The notes below the pieces were generated by a model. That model was given only the letters and a program-made list of their open reading frames with translations. It did not search any database and had not been told where the DNA came from. This document shows, one piece after another, positions 1 through 8,945 of a stretch of DNA of 64,000 bases. Within the stretch, counting starts at the first letter, position 1, and each line of letters begins with the position of its first letter. The DNA lies in NCBI GenBank assembly GCA_963663895.2, contig CAXXRD010000003.1, positions 96,001 through 160,000 of the forward strand, given 5' to 3'. A program made the translations under genes and the position numbers. The DNA is from Dehalococcoidia bacterium (GTDB lineage: Bacteria > Chloroflexota > Dehalococcoidia > Bin125).

Positions 1-1
1 C

Positions 2-499
2 CAGAACAACTGGCCCCACATGCTGCAGACGATCTGGAACAACGACGCGCGCTACCAGGAGTACTACAGCCTGATCCCGGGCGTGTACACGGCGGGCGAT
101 GTCGCGACGCGGGATGGCGACGGTTACTTCGCGGTGCTGGGACGCGCCGACGACGTCTTGAACGTGGCGGGGCACCGGATCGGCACAGCCGACGTTGAAA
201 GCGCACTGGTGTCACACCCCGCGGTGGGAGAAGCGGGCGTGATCGGAATCCCCGACGCGATCAAGGGCGAGGAGATCAAGGCCTTCGTGGTGCTGCGAGC
301 GGGATCCCAGCCGAGCGATACCCTCCACAAGCAGCTATTCGAGCAGGTGCGCAACACGCTGGGGCCGATCGCGACCCCCAAGGCGATCGACTTCGTACCC
401 GCGCTGCCGAAGACGCGGAGCGGCAAGATCATGCGCCGGGTGCTGAAGGCGCGGGAGCTGGGCATCGACCCCGGGGACCTGACCACCCTCGAGGACTAG
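2..499 (+). CDS. acs: Acetate--CoA ligase / AMP-forming acyl-CoA synthetase, C-terminal part (truncated by window edge)
   Basis: GD...DGY..LGRADDVLNVAGHRIGTADVESAL and LPKTRSGKIMRR motifs; C-terminal GDLTTLED. Confidence 0.9.
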   Translation, partial: QNNWPHMLQTIWNNDARYQEYYSLIPGVYTAGDVATRDGDGYFAVLGRADDVLNVAGHRIGTADVESALVSHPAVGEAGVIGIPDAIKGEEIKAFVVLRAGSQPSDTLHKQLFEQVRNTLGPIATPKAIDFVPALPKTRSGKIMRRVLKARELGIDPGDLTTLED

Positions 500-577
500 T
501 CAGTCTGGATCGGGGCGCCGCGCTAGTATGGGCGCCGTTGCTCCGAGCGCAGCGAACGCAGTGAAGGGAAGCGGCAC

Positions 578-1552
578 ATGGCGCCGACGGGCCGGCCGAT
601 TGAGTTTGGGATCCAAACCAACCTGCACCAGACGACGTTCGACGAGGTGCTCTCGACCTGGCAGGTCGTGGAGCGGGAGGGGTTGGACCACGCCTGGACG
701 TACGACCACCTGATGCCACTGTTCTCGAACCCGGAGGGCCCGAACCTGGAGGGCTGGACCACGCTGGCCGCGCTGATGGTGCAAGTGCCGCGCATCCGTG
801 CGGGGGTGCTGGTGCCCTGCAACCCGTTCCGGCCACCGATCGTGACGGCCAAGATGGCGGTCACGATCGACCAGTTGAGCGAGGGGCGCCTCGAGATGGC
901 GCTGGGGGCGGGCTGGTGGGAGCCGGAGTTTCGGCACTACGGGATCGAATGGGCACCGCTGCCGGAGCGGCTGGCGCAGATGGACGAAGCGATCCAGGTC
1001 ATGCAGTCGCTATGGACGCAGGACCGGACGACCTTTGAGGGGACCTACTACACGATCCGGGACGCACCGTTCCAACCGAAACCGGTGCAACAGCCGCACC
1101 TGCCTCTCTGGATCGGCGGCCGGGGGAAGAAGTACACGCTGCGCATGGCGGCGAAATACGCGGACGGCTGGAACGTTTGGACGCTGCCGCGCGAGGACTA
1201 CCTGGAGCGGCTCGCCCTCCTCGACCAGTACTGCGAGCAAGCGGGGCGGGACCCGAAGAGCGTGCGGCGCTCTCTGGCGGCACGGATGCGCATCGACAGG
1301 AGCAGCGAGGCGGCACGGGCGGCGATGCTGGCAGAAGGCACGGCTGGCGGGGAAGAGCTGCCGGAGGGCTTCGAGGAGTTGATCAACCAGGCGCTCGCAG
1401 GGTCACCGGAGGAGATCGCGGAGCAGATCGGAGAGTTTGCGGAGCTGGGCGTCGATCATATCGTCCTGCTGATGGACCCTCCCTACGATCAAGAAGGCCT
1501 GACCCGTTTCGCACGCGAGGTGGTGCCTCTGGTGCGCGCGGCGGGGTTGTGA
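578..1552 (+). CDS. LLM-class (probably F420-dependent) oxidoreductase
   Basis: WTYDHL, TIDQLSEGRLEMALGAGW, PKPVQQPHLPLWIGG, AAKYADGWN motifs of the luciferase-like monooxygenase family. Confidence 0.88.
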   Translation: MAPTGRPIEFGIQTNLHQTTFDEVLSTWQVVEREGLDHAWTYDHLMPLFSNPEGPNLEGWTTLAALMVQVPRIRAGVLVPCNPFRPPIVTAKMAVTIDQLSEGRLEMALGAGWWEPEFRHYGIEWAPLPERLAQMDEAIQVMQSLWTQDRTTFEGTYYTIRDAPFQPKPVQQPHLPLWIGGRGKKYTLRMAAKYADGWNVWTLPREDYLERLALLDQYCEQAGRDPKSVRRSLAARMRIDRSSEAARAAMLAEGTAGGEELPEGFEELINQALAGSPEEIAEQIGEFAELGVDHIVLLMDPPYDQEGLTRFAREVVPLVRAAGL

Positions 1553-1554
1553 TC

Positions 1555-2811
1555 ATGATGGCCGAAGCCAAGCCGGTCGACGGCACGACCCCGCAATACC
1601 TGCGCGACAAGTACGCGATCATCGGCGTGGGGGAGACCCCGTTCATGCGCGGCTCGGGCAAGACCACACGAGCGCTGGGAACCTGGGCGATCCGGAACGC
1701 GATCGCGGACGCCGGAGTTGATCCGGGCGAGATCGACGGAATGCTGTCGTATTCCATCGGAGACTCGACGGCGACTCCCTTCGTCGCCGGCGACCTCGGT
1801 ATCCGGTTGAATTTCTACATGGACTGTTTCGGCGGCGGGAGCAGCACGGAGGCCTTGCTCGGGCTGGCGATCGGCGCCATGGAAGCGGGCATGTGCAAGA
1901 TGGTGTGCATCTACCGGGCGATGAACGGCTACTCCGGAAGGCGGATCGGAGCAACCGGCCGGACGCCGGCGACCATCTCCGGCGACGGCTTGCACATGGC
2001 TCCCTATGGCTTCTTCAGCGCCGGACAGCGTTTCGCTTTCACCTTCATGCGCCACATGTACGACTACGGCACCACGCCGGAGCAGGTCGCCATGGTGAAA
2101 GTCATCCATAGCGAGCACGCCTCGAACAACCCCAAGGCGCTCTATCCCCGCCGCGTGACGGTCGACGACGTGCTCTCGAGCCGCATGATCGTAAAGCCGC
2201 TGCACCTGCTGGACTGCTGTCTGGAGACGGATAACGGCACGGCGATCATCGTGACCAACGCACGGCGCGCCTACGACTACCGGCACACGCCAGCGCGCGT
2301 GCTGGGGGTGGTGGGACGTTGCAACTGGCCGCGGATGGACATGCACTACCAGCACGGCCCGATCTCATCGTGGGCCGCTCGCTACGCCAGCAAGATCCTG
2401 TGGCCGAACGCGGGGCTGGGGCCGGAGGAGATCGACGTGACGGGCGCCTACGACGCCTTCACCTTCACGACGCTGCTGGGACTGGAAGACTTCGGCTTCT
2501 GTGAGAAGGGCGCCGGCGGGGAGTACGTCAGCAGCGGCGTCATGCGCCTGGGCGGCGCGCGCCCCAACAACACGAGCGGCGGGCATCTCTGCGAGGGCTA
2601 CACCCACGGGATGAACTTGGTGATCGAGAACGTGCGCCAATTGCGCGGCGAGATCGACGATTCCTGTCCTGTCGGCGCGAACGGCAATCCCGAGCACAGC
2701 TACGACTATCGCACAGGCGGCTGCCGCCAGGTGAAGGATGTGGCGGTGACGGCCAACATCGGCTGGGCGGGGCCGATCACATGCTCCGCGGCAGTCCTAC
2801 GGAAAGGATAG
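1555..2811 (+). CDS. Thiolase-superfamily protein, SCP-x/Ltp2-like (probable acyl-CoA retro-aldolase)
   Basis: AIIGVGET start, GGGSS where thiolases have a catalytic Cys, YDAFT and NTSGGHLCEGYTHG motifs; start reset to ATG 1555 just after the upstream stop. Confidence 0.82.
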   Translation: MMAEAKPVDGTTPQYLRDKYAIIGVGETPFMRGSGKTTRALGTWAIRNAIADAGVDPGEIDGMLSYSIGDSTATPFVAGDLGIRLNFYMDCFGGGSSTEALLGLAIGAMEAGMCKMVCIYRAMNGYSGRRIGATGRTPATISGDGLHMAPYGFFSAGQRFAFTFMRHMYDYGTTPEQVAMVKVIHSEHASNNPKALYPRRVTVDDVLSSRMIVKPLHLLDCCLETDNGTAIIVTNARRAYDYRHTPARVLGVVGRCNWPRMDMHYQHGPISSWAARYASKILWPNAGLGPEEIDVTGAYDAFTFTTLLGLEDFGFCEKGAGGEYVSSGVMRLGGARPNNTSGGHLCEGYTHGMNLVIENVRQLRGEIDDSCPVGANGNPEHSYDYRTGGCRQVKDVAVTANIGWAGPITCSAAVLRKG

Positions 2812-2813
2812 CC

Positions 2814-3332
2814 GTGACCGTCACCGGGACGTATTTGGGAATGAGCCTGGCGATTCCCGAGAACGATGAGCAGAACCGGGCGTACTTCCACTACTGCGCG
2901 GCGCATGATTTCCGGCTGCAGCGATGTGGCGGCTGTCATCTGCTGCGCTATCCACCCACGACGGGATGCCCTTGGTGCATGGGCACGGAGTCGGAATGGC
3001 ACCCCGTGGAAGGGAAAGGAGCGGTGCACTCGTACGGCGAGGTGCATCATGCGATCCAGCCGGCCTGGAAGGCCCACACGCCCTACCTGTTCCTCTTGGT
3101 CGACTTGGATACCCAGAAGGGCGCCCCCACGGAGCACGACGCGCTGCGCGTGCTGGCGAACCTCGTGACCGCCGATGGACAGCCGGCGCCGCCCGATCTC
3201 GTGAGGCAGGTGGGGATTGGAACGCGGGTGCGCATGGTGTTCGTAGACGCAGGCGAAGGGATCGCCATCCCTCAATGGACGATCGACCAGGATGCGGAAC
3301 AGCCCCCGCCCTGGCGCTACCCGCAGGAGTGA
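2814..3332 (+). CDS. DUF35 Zn-ribbon/OB-fold protein (thiolase partner)
   Basis: LQRCGGC...YPPTTGCPWC, EGKGAVHSY, IGTRVRMVF; directly follows the thiolase-like gene. Confidence 0.88.
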   Translation: MTVTGTYLGMSLAIPENDEQNRAYFHYCAAHDFRLQRCGGCHLLRYPPTTGCPWCMGTESEWHPVEGKGAVHSYGEVHHAIQPAWKAHTPYLFLLVDLDTQKGAPTEHDALRVLANLVTADGQPAPPDLVRQVGIGTRVRMVFVDAGEGIAIPQWTIDQDAEQPPPWRYPQE

Positions 3333-3736
3333 CGACGCGGCACCGTGGAGCCGGGCTAGGGCTCGGACTTGTCCTGTTGGTCGCGATGGCAGGCTGCTTC
3401 GGCGGCGAGCGGGGCGACATCACGCTGGGGTACGCGGTCGAGACCCGGCTCGCGCAGCAGCCCGTCACCGAACGAGTGGAGGGCTCAGTCACAGCGGGAC
3501 GTGAGTTTTTCGTGCGCTTGCAGGTCCCGGAGCCACGCGCCGAAGCGTTTGTGACGTTGCGGGCCGCGCGGCGGGTGGGAGGCTCATTCCAGCCGTTGAT
3601 CGAGTTCGACCAGCCCGTTTCGCCTCCCTGGCGAGTGGTAGTGATTCCGCTGACCTTGGAGCGGCGAGGGGAATGGTTGGTCTCAGTCTTCGCCAACTCA
3701 CGCAAGCTCACGGATGCCGAGGTGGACGTGGAGTGA
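3329..3736 (+). CDS. Hypothetical lipoprotein
   Basis: GTG overlaps upstream TGA; hydrophobic signal ending in lipobox-like MAGC; fills the gap before fhs. Confidence 0.6.
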   Translation: MTTRHRGAGLGLGLVLLVAMAGCFGGERGDITLGYAVETRLAQQPVTERVEGSVTAGREFFVRLQVPEPRAEAFVTLRAARRVGGSFQPLIEFDQPVSPPWRVVVIPLTLERRGEWLVSVFANSRKLTDAEVDVE

Positions 3737-3767
3737 GTGGTATCGTCGGCGCCGTAGGGAGACGCGT

Positions 3768-5393
3768 ATGCGAGCAATTACCGAGATCGGCGCAGAGCTG
3801 GGGCTGGCGCCCGATGATCTGGAGCAGTATGGGCCGTATAAGGCAAAGCTGAGCGCCGCCACTCTGGAGCGCTTGCGCTCCAAAGAACAGGGCCAGCTGG
3901 TCCTTGTCACTGGGATGACGCCCACAACCGCGGGCGAAGGCAAGACGACGACATCGATCGGGTTGACGCAGGGCTTACGGCGGCGCGGGGTTGGGGCGAC
4001 GGTGTGCCTGCGGGAGCCGTCGATCGGACCGGTGATGGGGATCAAGGGCGGGGGGACCGGCGGAGGTGGCGCGCAACTGCTGCCCGCAGATGAGATCAAC
4101 CTGCACTTCACGGGCGATCTGCACGCCGTGACGGCAGCCAACAATCTGCTGGCTGCGGCTGTAGACGCCTCGATCTTCCACGGCAACCCGCTGGGTCTCG
4201 ATGTACGCCGGGTGACGTGGCGGCGTTGCCTGGATATCAACGATCGCGCGCTGCGGCACGTCGTAGTGGGGCTCGGAAATGCGCCGGACGGCGTGCCGCG
4301 GCAAGAGGGATTCGCCATCACTCCCGCCTCGGAAGTGATGGCCATCCTATCGATTGCATCGGATTTCGAGGACCTGCATCGGCGGCTCGGCGCGGTGATC
4401 GTGGGTTACACCCGCGATTTCACGCCGGTGCGGTGCACGGAGATCGGGGTGGACGCCGCCATGGCGGTGCTGCTGCGTCAGGCGGTGCGGCCCAATCTGG
4501 TGCAAACCAGCGAAGGAGCACCTGCACTCGTGCACGGCGGGCCATTCGCGAACATCGCGCTGGGCTGTAACAGCATCGTGGCGACTCGGGCTGCGCTCGC
4601 GCTCTCCGAAGTCGTCGTGACGGAAGCAGGGTTCGGGAGCGATCTCGGGGCCGAGAAGTTCCTCAATGTCGTATCGCGCTTCGGCGAATTGCAGCCACAG
4701 GTCGCGGTGATCGTCGCAACCGCGCGGGCAATCAAGCGCCACGGCGGCCGGGATGCAGCGGCGTTGGAGGTCGAAGACTTGGAGGCGCTGGCGGTCGGAT
4801 TGGCGAACCTCGACGCACATATCGACAACATGGAGCAGCATGGGTTGACGCCGGTCGTCGCTGTGAATCGCTTCCCGAGCGACACCGACGCGGAGATCAT
4901 CACGGTAGTCGAGCACTGCGCCAAGCGGGGCGTGCGGGCCACGCCTCTGTCGCCGTACGACGGCGGCGAAGCGTGCCTGGATCTGGCGGACGCGGTGCAG
5001 GATGCTTTGGCAGCGGGTCGAGGGAGGCTGCAACCACTCTACGTAATGGAGCGCCCGATCAGGGAAAAGATCGATGCGGTAGCGCGAGCAGTGTATGGAG
5101 CGGATGGCGCGGTCTATCAGGGAACGGCGGAGCGGACGATCGAACGGGCAGAGCGCATGGGCATGGCGGCACTACCGATCTGCGTCGCCAAGACCCAGTA
5201 CTCGCTTTCGGACGATCCCGCCTTGATCGGCAGGCCAAAGGGACACGCCCTCCACGTGCGGGAGGTGCGGCCGGCGGCAGGAGCCGAGTTCCTCGTGATC
5301 ATTGCCGGAGACATCATGACGATGCCGGGACTGCCGAAGGTCCCTGCAGCGACGAAGTTCTCGACGGCAGAGGGGGCCGGACTTCCGGTATAG
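3768..5393 (+). CDS. fhs: Formate--tetrahydrofolate ligase
   Basis: TPTTAGEGKTTT, INLHFTGDLHA, HGGPFANIA, EAGFGSDLGAEKF, IMTMPGLPK. Confidence 0.96.
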   Translation: MRAITEIGAELGLAPDDLEQYGPYKAKLSAATLERLRSKEQGQLVLVTGMTPTTAGEGKTTTSIGLTQGLRRRGVGATVCLREPSIGPVMGIKGGGTGGGGAQLLPADEINLHFTGDLHAVTAANNLLAAAVDASIFHGNPLGLDVRRVTWRRCLDINDRALRHVVVGLGNAPDGVPRQEGFAITPASEVMAILSIASDFEDLHRRLGAVIVGYTRDFTPVRCTEIGVDAAMAVLLRQAVRPNLVQTSEGAPALVHGGPFANIALGCNSIVATRAALALSEVVVTEAGFGSDLGAEKFLNVVSRFGELQPQVAVIVATARAIKRHGGRDAAALEVEDLEALAVGLANLDAHIDNMEQHGLTPVVAVNRFPSDTDAEIITVVEHCAKRGVRATPLSPYDGGEACLDLADAVQDALAAGRGRLQPLYVMERPIREKIDAVARAVYGADGAVYQGTAERTIERAERMGMAALPICVAKTQYSLSDDPALIGRPKGHALHVREVRPAAGAEFLVIIAGDIMTMPGLPKVPAATKFSTAEGAGLPV

Positions 5394-5410
5394 GTCCCGA
5401 AAGCAACCCT

Positions 5411-6259
5411 CTAGCTCGTTGTCCCTGCCTCCGTTTCGATCGGGCGGTCGAGGGCGTTGCCGTACTCATGCCAGGAGCCGTCGTAAACCTGGATCTCGTT
5501 GTAGCCGAGGAGCCGAAGGACGAACAGTCCGTGCGCCGCACGGATGCCGCCCTGTCAGTAGGTCGTGACGCGTTTCTCCGGCGTCACGCCTAAGCCATCG
5601 AGCTCGGTACGGATCTCCGCCGGCGGGCGAAGCGTGCGCACAGGCTCGTTGAGGAGCTTCAACCACTCAAGGTGCACCGCGCCGGGGATGCGACCGCCGC
5701 GCTTCGTTCCGCGCTTGTTGGCGCCGGTCCATTCACCGTCGGAGCGAACGTCCCAGAGGATCACGTTGGGGTCCTCGGCCGCGCCGGCGACATCGGCGAT
5801 GCCGCAGGTCCAGTGGTTGCTCTGCGCGCCCGGCCTGTAACTCTTGCGCTTGGGACGGTAGTTCTCACGCGAGAGCGGTCGACCGTCCGCCACCCACTGA
5901 TCCAGGCCGCCGTCGAGCAGCATGGCGTTGGTATGACCGTAGCGATCAAGGGTCCACCAGAAGCGGGCAGCGAAGACGCCTCCGGAACCGTCGTAGGCAA
6001 CGATGGTGTCGTCATTGCCGATGCCCATCTTGCCGAGGTGCTCAGCAAACTTATCGCCGTCGATGCCGAAGAGATCGGTATCGTTGCCGTCGCCTTTCCA
6101 GTAGCGGGAGCGAGCGGCAACGGCACCGGGAATGTGGAGACGCTGGTAGGCCGGCAGCAGGTCGCAATCAACGACAACGACGTTGTCGTCAGCAACATGT
6201 TCAGCGACCCAATCGCTCGTGGTCAGAAGCTCGGGGTGGGCCCAGCCCTGGTCAGTCAT
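5411..6259 (-). CDS. Two-domain rhodanese/sulfurtransferase with selenocysteine (TGA 5557-5555) at the active site, 282 aa
   Basis: HIPGAV, LLDGG, DVRS..EW, GRIPGAVH; frame continues through TGA as VTTY-U-QGGIRAAH...LLGYNEIQVYDGSWHEY to TAG at 5413-5411. Confidence 0.88.
5525..5554 (-). promoter_or_regulatory. Putative bacterial SECIS element
   Basis: Directly 3' of UGA: CAG-GGCGGCA-UCCGUGC-GGC-GCACGGA-CUG; perfect 7-bp stem with a G-containing loop 17 nt after the UGA. Confidence 0.7.
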
Positions 6260-6312
6260 GGCGGCAACTCCCTACGCAAGGCTCAGTGACTCCTGGCACA
6301 CCGTAACTATAG

Positions 6313-6340
6313 AGGCAGGCAGGCAGGCAGGCGGGCGGGC
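6313..6340. repeat. Tetranucleotide repeat (AGGC)5(GGGC)2
   Basis: Read directly; lies just upstream of a minus-strand TATAGT -10-like box (6311-6306). Confidence 0.8.
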
Positions 6341-6408
6341 GCTGCGCAAGGTGTGTTGCTGCCTCGGACACGATCCCGTCTAGCTGCTACAGAGTCAGGA
6401 GAGCGGGT

Positions 6409-6954
6409 CTAGAGATCGGGGATCCAGGAGAGTGCATCGTCTGAGTGGCCATTGGAGGGCGGGCAGAGATGGGGCTCATCCTTGCCGGTTACGAGAGGGG
6501 TGTCACAGAGCGGGCAAAGGGGTCGGCCGGCAGCGACGGTATGCTCCGCTTGGACAGCGAAGAGGCGCGCCTGCTCCCGCGAGAAAGCTGCGCGCAGCGT
6601 GGGTTGCTGCGCGTCCGTATCGCCGAGGGCTACGGCGTAGAGGGCGAAGGCACCGTTACTCTCGTCATACCCAAGCGCGAGGCGAGCGATCTGGAAGTCA
6701 ATGTCCGGAGCTAAGGGGAAAACGGCAAGCGGGAGCGGATCCGGCCGGCCCCTTTCCCCCGGCCATCGATTCTGGGCGAGCACGCGGCGTACGGCGGTAG
6801 CCAGCGAGTCGACCTGCTCTTTCTCAAGCCAGAGCGAAGCGGACATCTCGTCGTGAGCGATCAAGCGGAGGCGAAACCGGCGCTGGCCGGGCTCGCCGAT
6901 CGCTTCGGCCTCAAGGGAGTTGAGCGGGCCGAGGTCGCGCTGGGCTTCTGCCAT
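6409..6954 (-). CDS. DUF3090-family protein
   Basis: AIGEPGQRRFRL, LWLEKEQV, VAAGRPLCPLC, HLCPPSNGH. Confidence 0.85.
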   Translation of the reverse strand: MAEAQRDLGPLNSLEAEAIGEPGQRRFRLRLIAHDEMSASLWLEKEQVDSLATAVRRVLAQNRWPGERGRPDPLPLAVFPLAPDIDFQIARLALGYDESNGAFALYAVALGDTDAQQPTLRAAFSREQARLFAVQAEHTVAAGRPLCPLCDTPLVTGKDEPHLCPPSNGHSDDALSWIPDL

Positions 6955-7279
6955 AGAAAAAGTCTATACCGCTGGGTGCATAGATCACCGCACCTTCTCG
7001 TGAGCAACCCTGAAATGCAACTCGGGTCGACCGAGACCCGGCGCGTAGCGGTCGCTCGTACGGCACAGAGGCAAGCAGGATCCTTTCCGGCAGCTGGTCT
7101 ACCGATCTCTCCGCCTCCAGCTGGCCGCCTGCTCACCGAGCGCGCACACCATCCTTCGAAGGCTCGACAGAAGCTGGACGGGCCTGCTTAATCTTGGATC
7201 ATCGCAGTGACGACTCGCCGAGCGAGGTACCGCTCCGGCAGAGCAGTTGAAGCAGAGCGGGAGGCGGAGAGCGTTACGA

Positions 7280-7717
7280 ATGACAGCAGAACAGCCCATC
7301 ACAACTGCTGAGCGACGTCTCGCAGCCGCCGCGCATCTCTGCGCGCTGCTGAGCGTGCTTCCGCTGCTGGGCTTGTTTCCAACCGTGGGGATCTACAACC
7401 GGCAGAAGAGAACGTCGCCGTGGGTAGCGCAGCAGGCGGTGCAGGCGGCGCTGTTCCAGGTGGTCACGTTCAATGTGATCTTGGTGCTCTTAGCGATCGT
7501 GATCCCGGTTGCGCTGGTTGGTTGGGGGACGCGGTATGACGGCGGTGACCTGGTGCTGGCGGTCGCGCTCACGGCGCTACCATTCCTTGCCGCGCATTAT
7601 CTGGCCCAAGGCCTGCTGGCCATGCGGGCGGCGCGCTCTCTCCGAACTGGAGAGAACTACCGCTATCGCTGGATAGGCAAACTGGTAGGTCCGGCGGTGA
7701 CAGAGCGCCAGCTCTGA
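7280..7717 (+). CDS. DUF4870-like membrane protein
   Basis: ERRLAAAAHL, SPWVAQQAVQAALFQ, three hydrophobic segments, GENYRYRWIG. Confidence 0.75.
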   Translation: MTAEQPITTAERRLAAAAHLCALLSVLPLLGLFPTVGIYNRQKRTSPWVAQQAVQAALFQVVTFNVILVLLAIVIPVALVGWGTRYDGGDLVLAVALTALPFLAAHYLAQGLLAMRAARSLRTGENYRYRWIGKLVGPAVTERQL

Positions 7718-8067
7718 GCGAGCGCGCCTGCTGGACGCATGCCGTGCAACCGAACCGGAATCGCGTGTCGCTCGCTTCAACTGGCAAAGCCGGTCTCGGA
7801 CACAGATGCGCTCGGGCACCTTCCGTTAATCTCGAGTAAAACACGTGGCGGTGACGTTGACCGGAGCGCGGCCTCCTTGTGAACTAAGCACGGGTTTCAC
7901 TGGCGGGTTGTTCGTGCGATTGGCATGTACGTCGTCACGAAGAACACCCTTCTTCCCATCTCCAATCGGTTGCAGCCACCTCTTCGTTTAGAGGGAGACG
8001 GGCCGAGCACGCGCGAGCCTTCGCCGCGTGCAGGAGGACGGCGTCTGCCGCGCCGGGAGGCGCCCTA

Positions 8068-8343
8068 ATGGCCATAGCGGTGAAGACCCAGACGGAGCAC
8101 TGCGTCCATCATTGGCTCGTCCGCCCACCGGAGGGCACAACGAGTTGGGCGCGCTGCCGAAAGTGCGGTAAACGAAAGCGGTTCAGCAACTCATTCCAGG
8201 GGCAGGACCGCACGAACAATTCGGACATCTTTGTCGATAACCCGGTCAGCTGGCGGCCGAACTGGCGATCGGCAGCGCCGACCGAGCCACGTGTGCGCGA
8301 GGCATATGAAGCGGCGCGGCTGGCAGGTTGGAGCGCTTCCTAG
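8068..8343 (+). CDS. Small putative Zn-binding protein (CxHHW...CxxCG..KxFxN), paralog of 25634..25825
   Basis: GGGAGG RBS; HCVHHWLVRPPEGTTSWARCRKCGKRKRFSN. Confidence 0.75.
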   Translation: MAIAVKTQTEHCVHHWLVRPPEGTTSWARCRKCGKRKRFSNSFQGQDRTNNSDIFVDNPVSWRPNWRSAAPTEPRVREAYEAARLAGWSAS

Positions 8344-8385
8344 CGCCCGTATTCCTGCTCGATCGGGGCTTCAGCAATAGGAGGC

Positions 8386-8430
8386 ATGCCAGTCACGCAC
8401 CGGTGGATGTATCGAAAGTCGGCCCGCTAA
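8386..8430 (+). CDS. Possible 14-aa small ORF MPVTHRWMYRKSAR
   Basis: AGGAGG immediately before ATG (very short spacing); lies between the Zn-finger gene and its terminator. Confidence 0.25.
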   Translation: MPVTHRWMYRKSAR

Positions 8431-8478
8431 TGGGCGGAGCCGCGTATCACTGAGGGATGGGGGTCTCGGGCTCCGTTT

Positions 8479-8510
8479 GAGCCGGTCCGCGCTGCGGGCC
8501 GGCTCTCTTT
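8479..8510 (+). terminator. Intrinsic terminator
   Basis: GAGCCGGTCCGC-gct-GCGGGCCGGCTC stem followed by TCTTT. Confidence 0.75.
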
Positions 8511-8625
8511 ATGGGAGCCGAGCGCTAGGTCTCACGCGCAACGCCAGGCGAAGTCACGAACGCTTGTCAAGGCCGACACCTCTTCGGGTGCAGACCGTGC
8601 GTGCCGAGAACCGTAGTATCGAATC

Positions 8626-8904
8626 ATGACGACCGACAATGACGGCGCTGCTGCCGACTATGAGGTACGGACCGTCCCTTTTGACGAGTGGACGGACTTC
8701 GACACGTTGGTGCACCGGACGGCGATTACCAGCGGTGACTTCGACTACGTGCTCAGCCCACTGTGTCCGGACTGCGGGACGCCGCTGAGACTCTCGTATG
8801 AAGACACGGAGACGGGGGAGTCCGTGTTGGAGGCCCTGATCTGCGACCAGTGCGCATTGTTCTGGCGGACGGCAGCCGCAGGTCCGGGATCAGCGGCGGG
8901 CTAG
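8626..8904 (+). CDS. Hypothetical acidic Zn-ribbon protein
   Basis: CPDC...CDQC; TAGTAT -10 box 6 nt before ATG (leaderless). Confidence 0.65.
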   Translation: MTTDNDGAAADYEVRTVPFDEWTDFDTLVHRTAITSGDFDYVLSPLCPDCGTPLRLSYEDTETGESVLEALICDQCALFWRTAAAGPGSAAG

Positions 8905-8945
8905 CGGTCGGGCGGTCCCGCCTCACGGAAGCACGAGGTTCACCG

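Noticed and set aside
1177-1554. N-terminal extension of the thiolase ORF (likewise 12888..13490 for SPT)
   Set aside because: Overlaps a well-supported gene in another frame; chance open frame in GC-rich DNA
6967-7279. Hairpin-rich intergenic region as ncRNA or riboswitch
   Set aside because: Stems are expected at this GC content and no known motif was recognised
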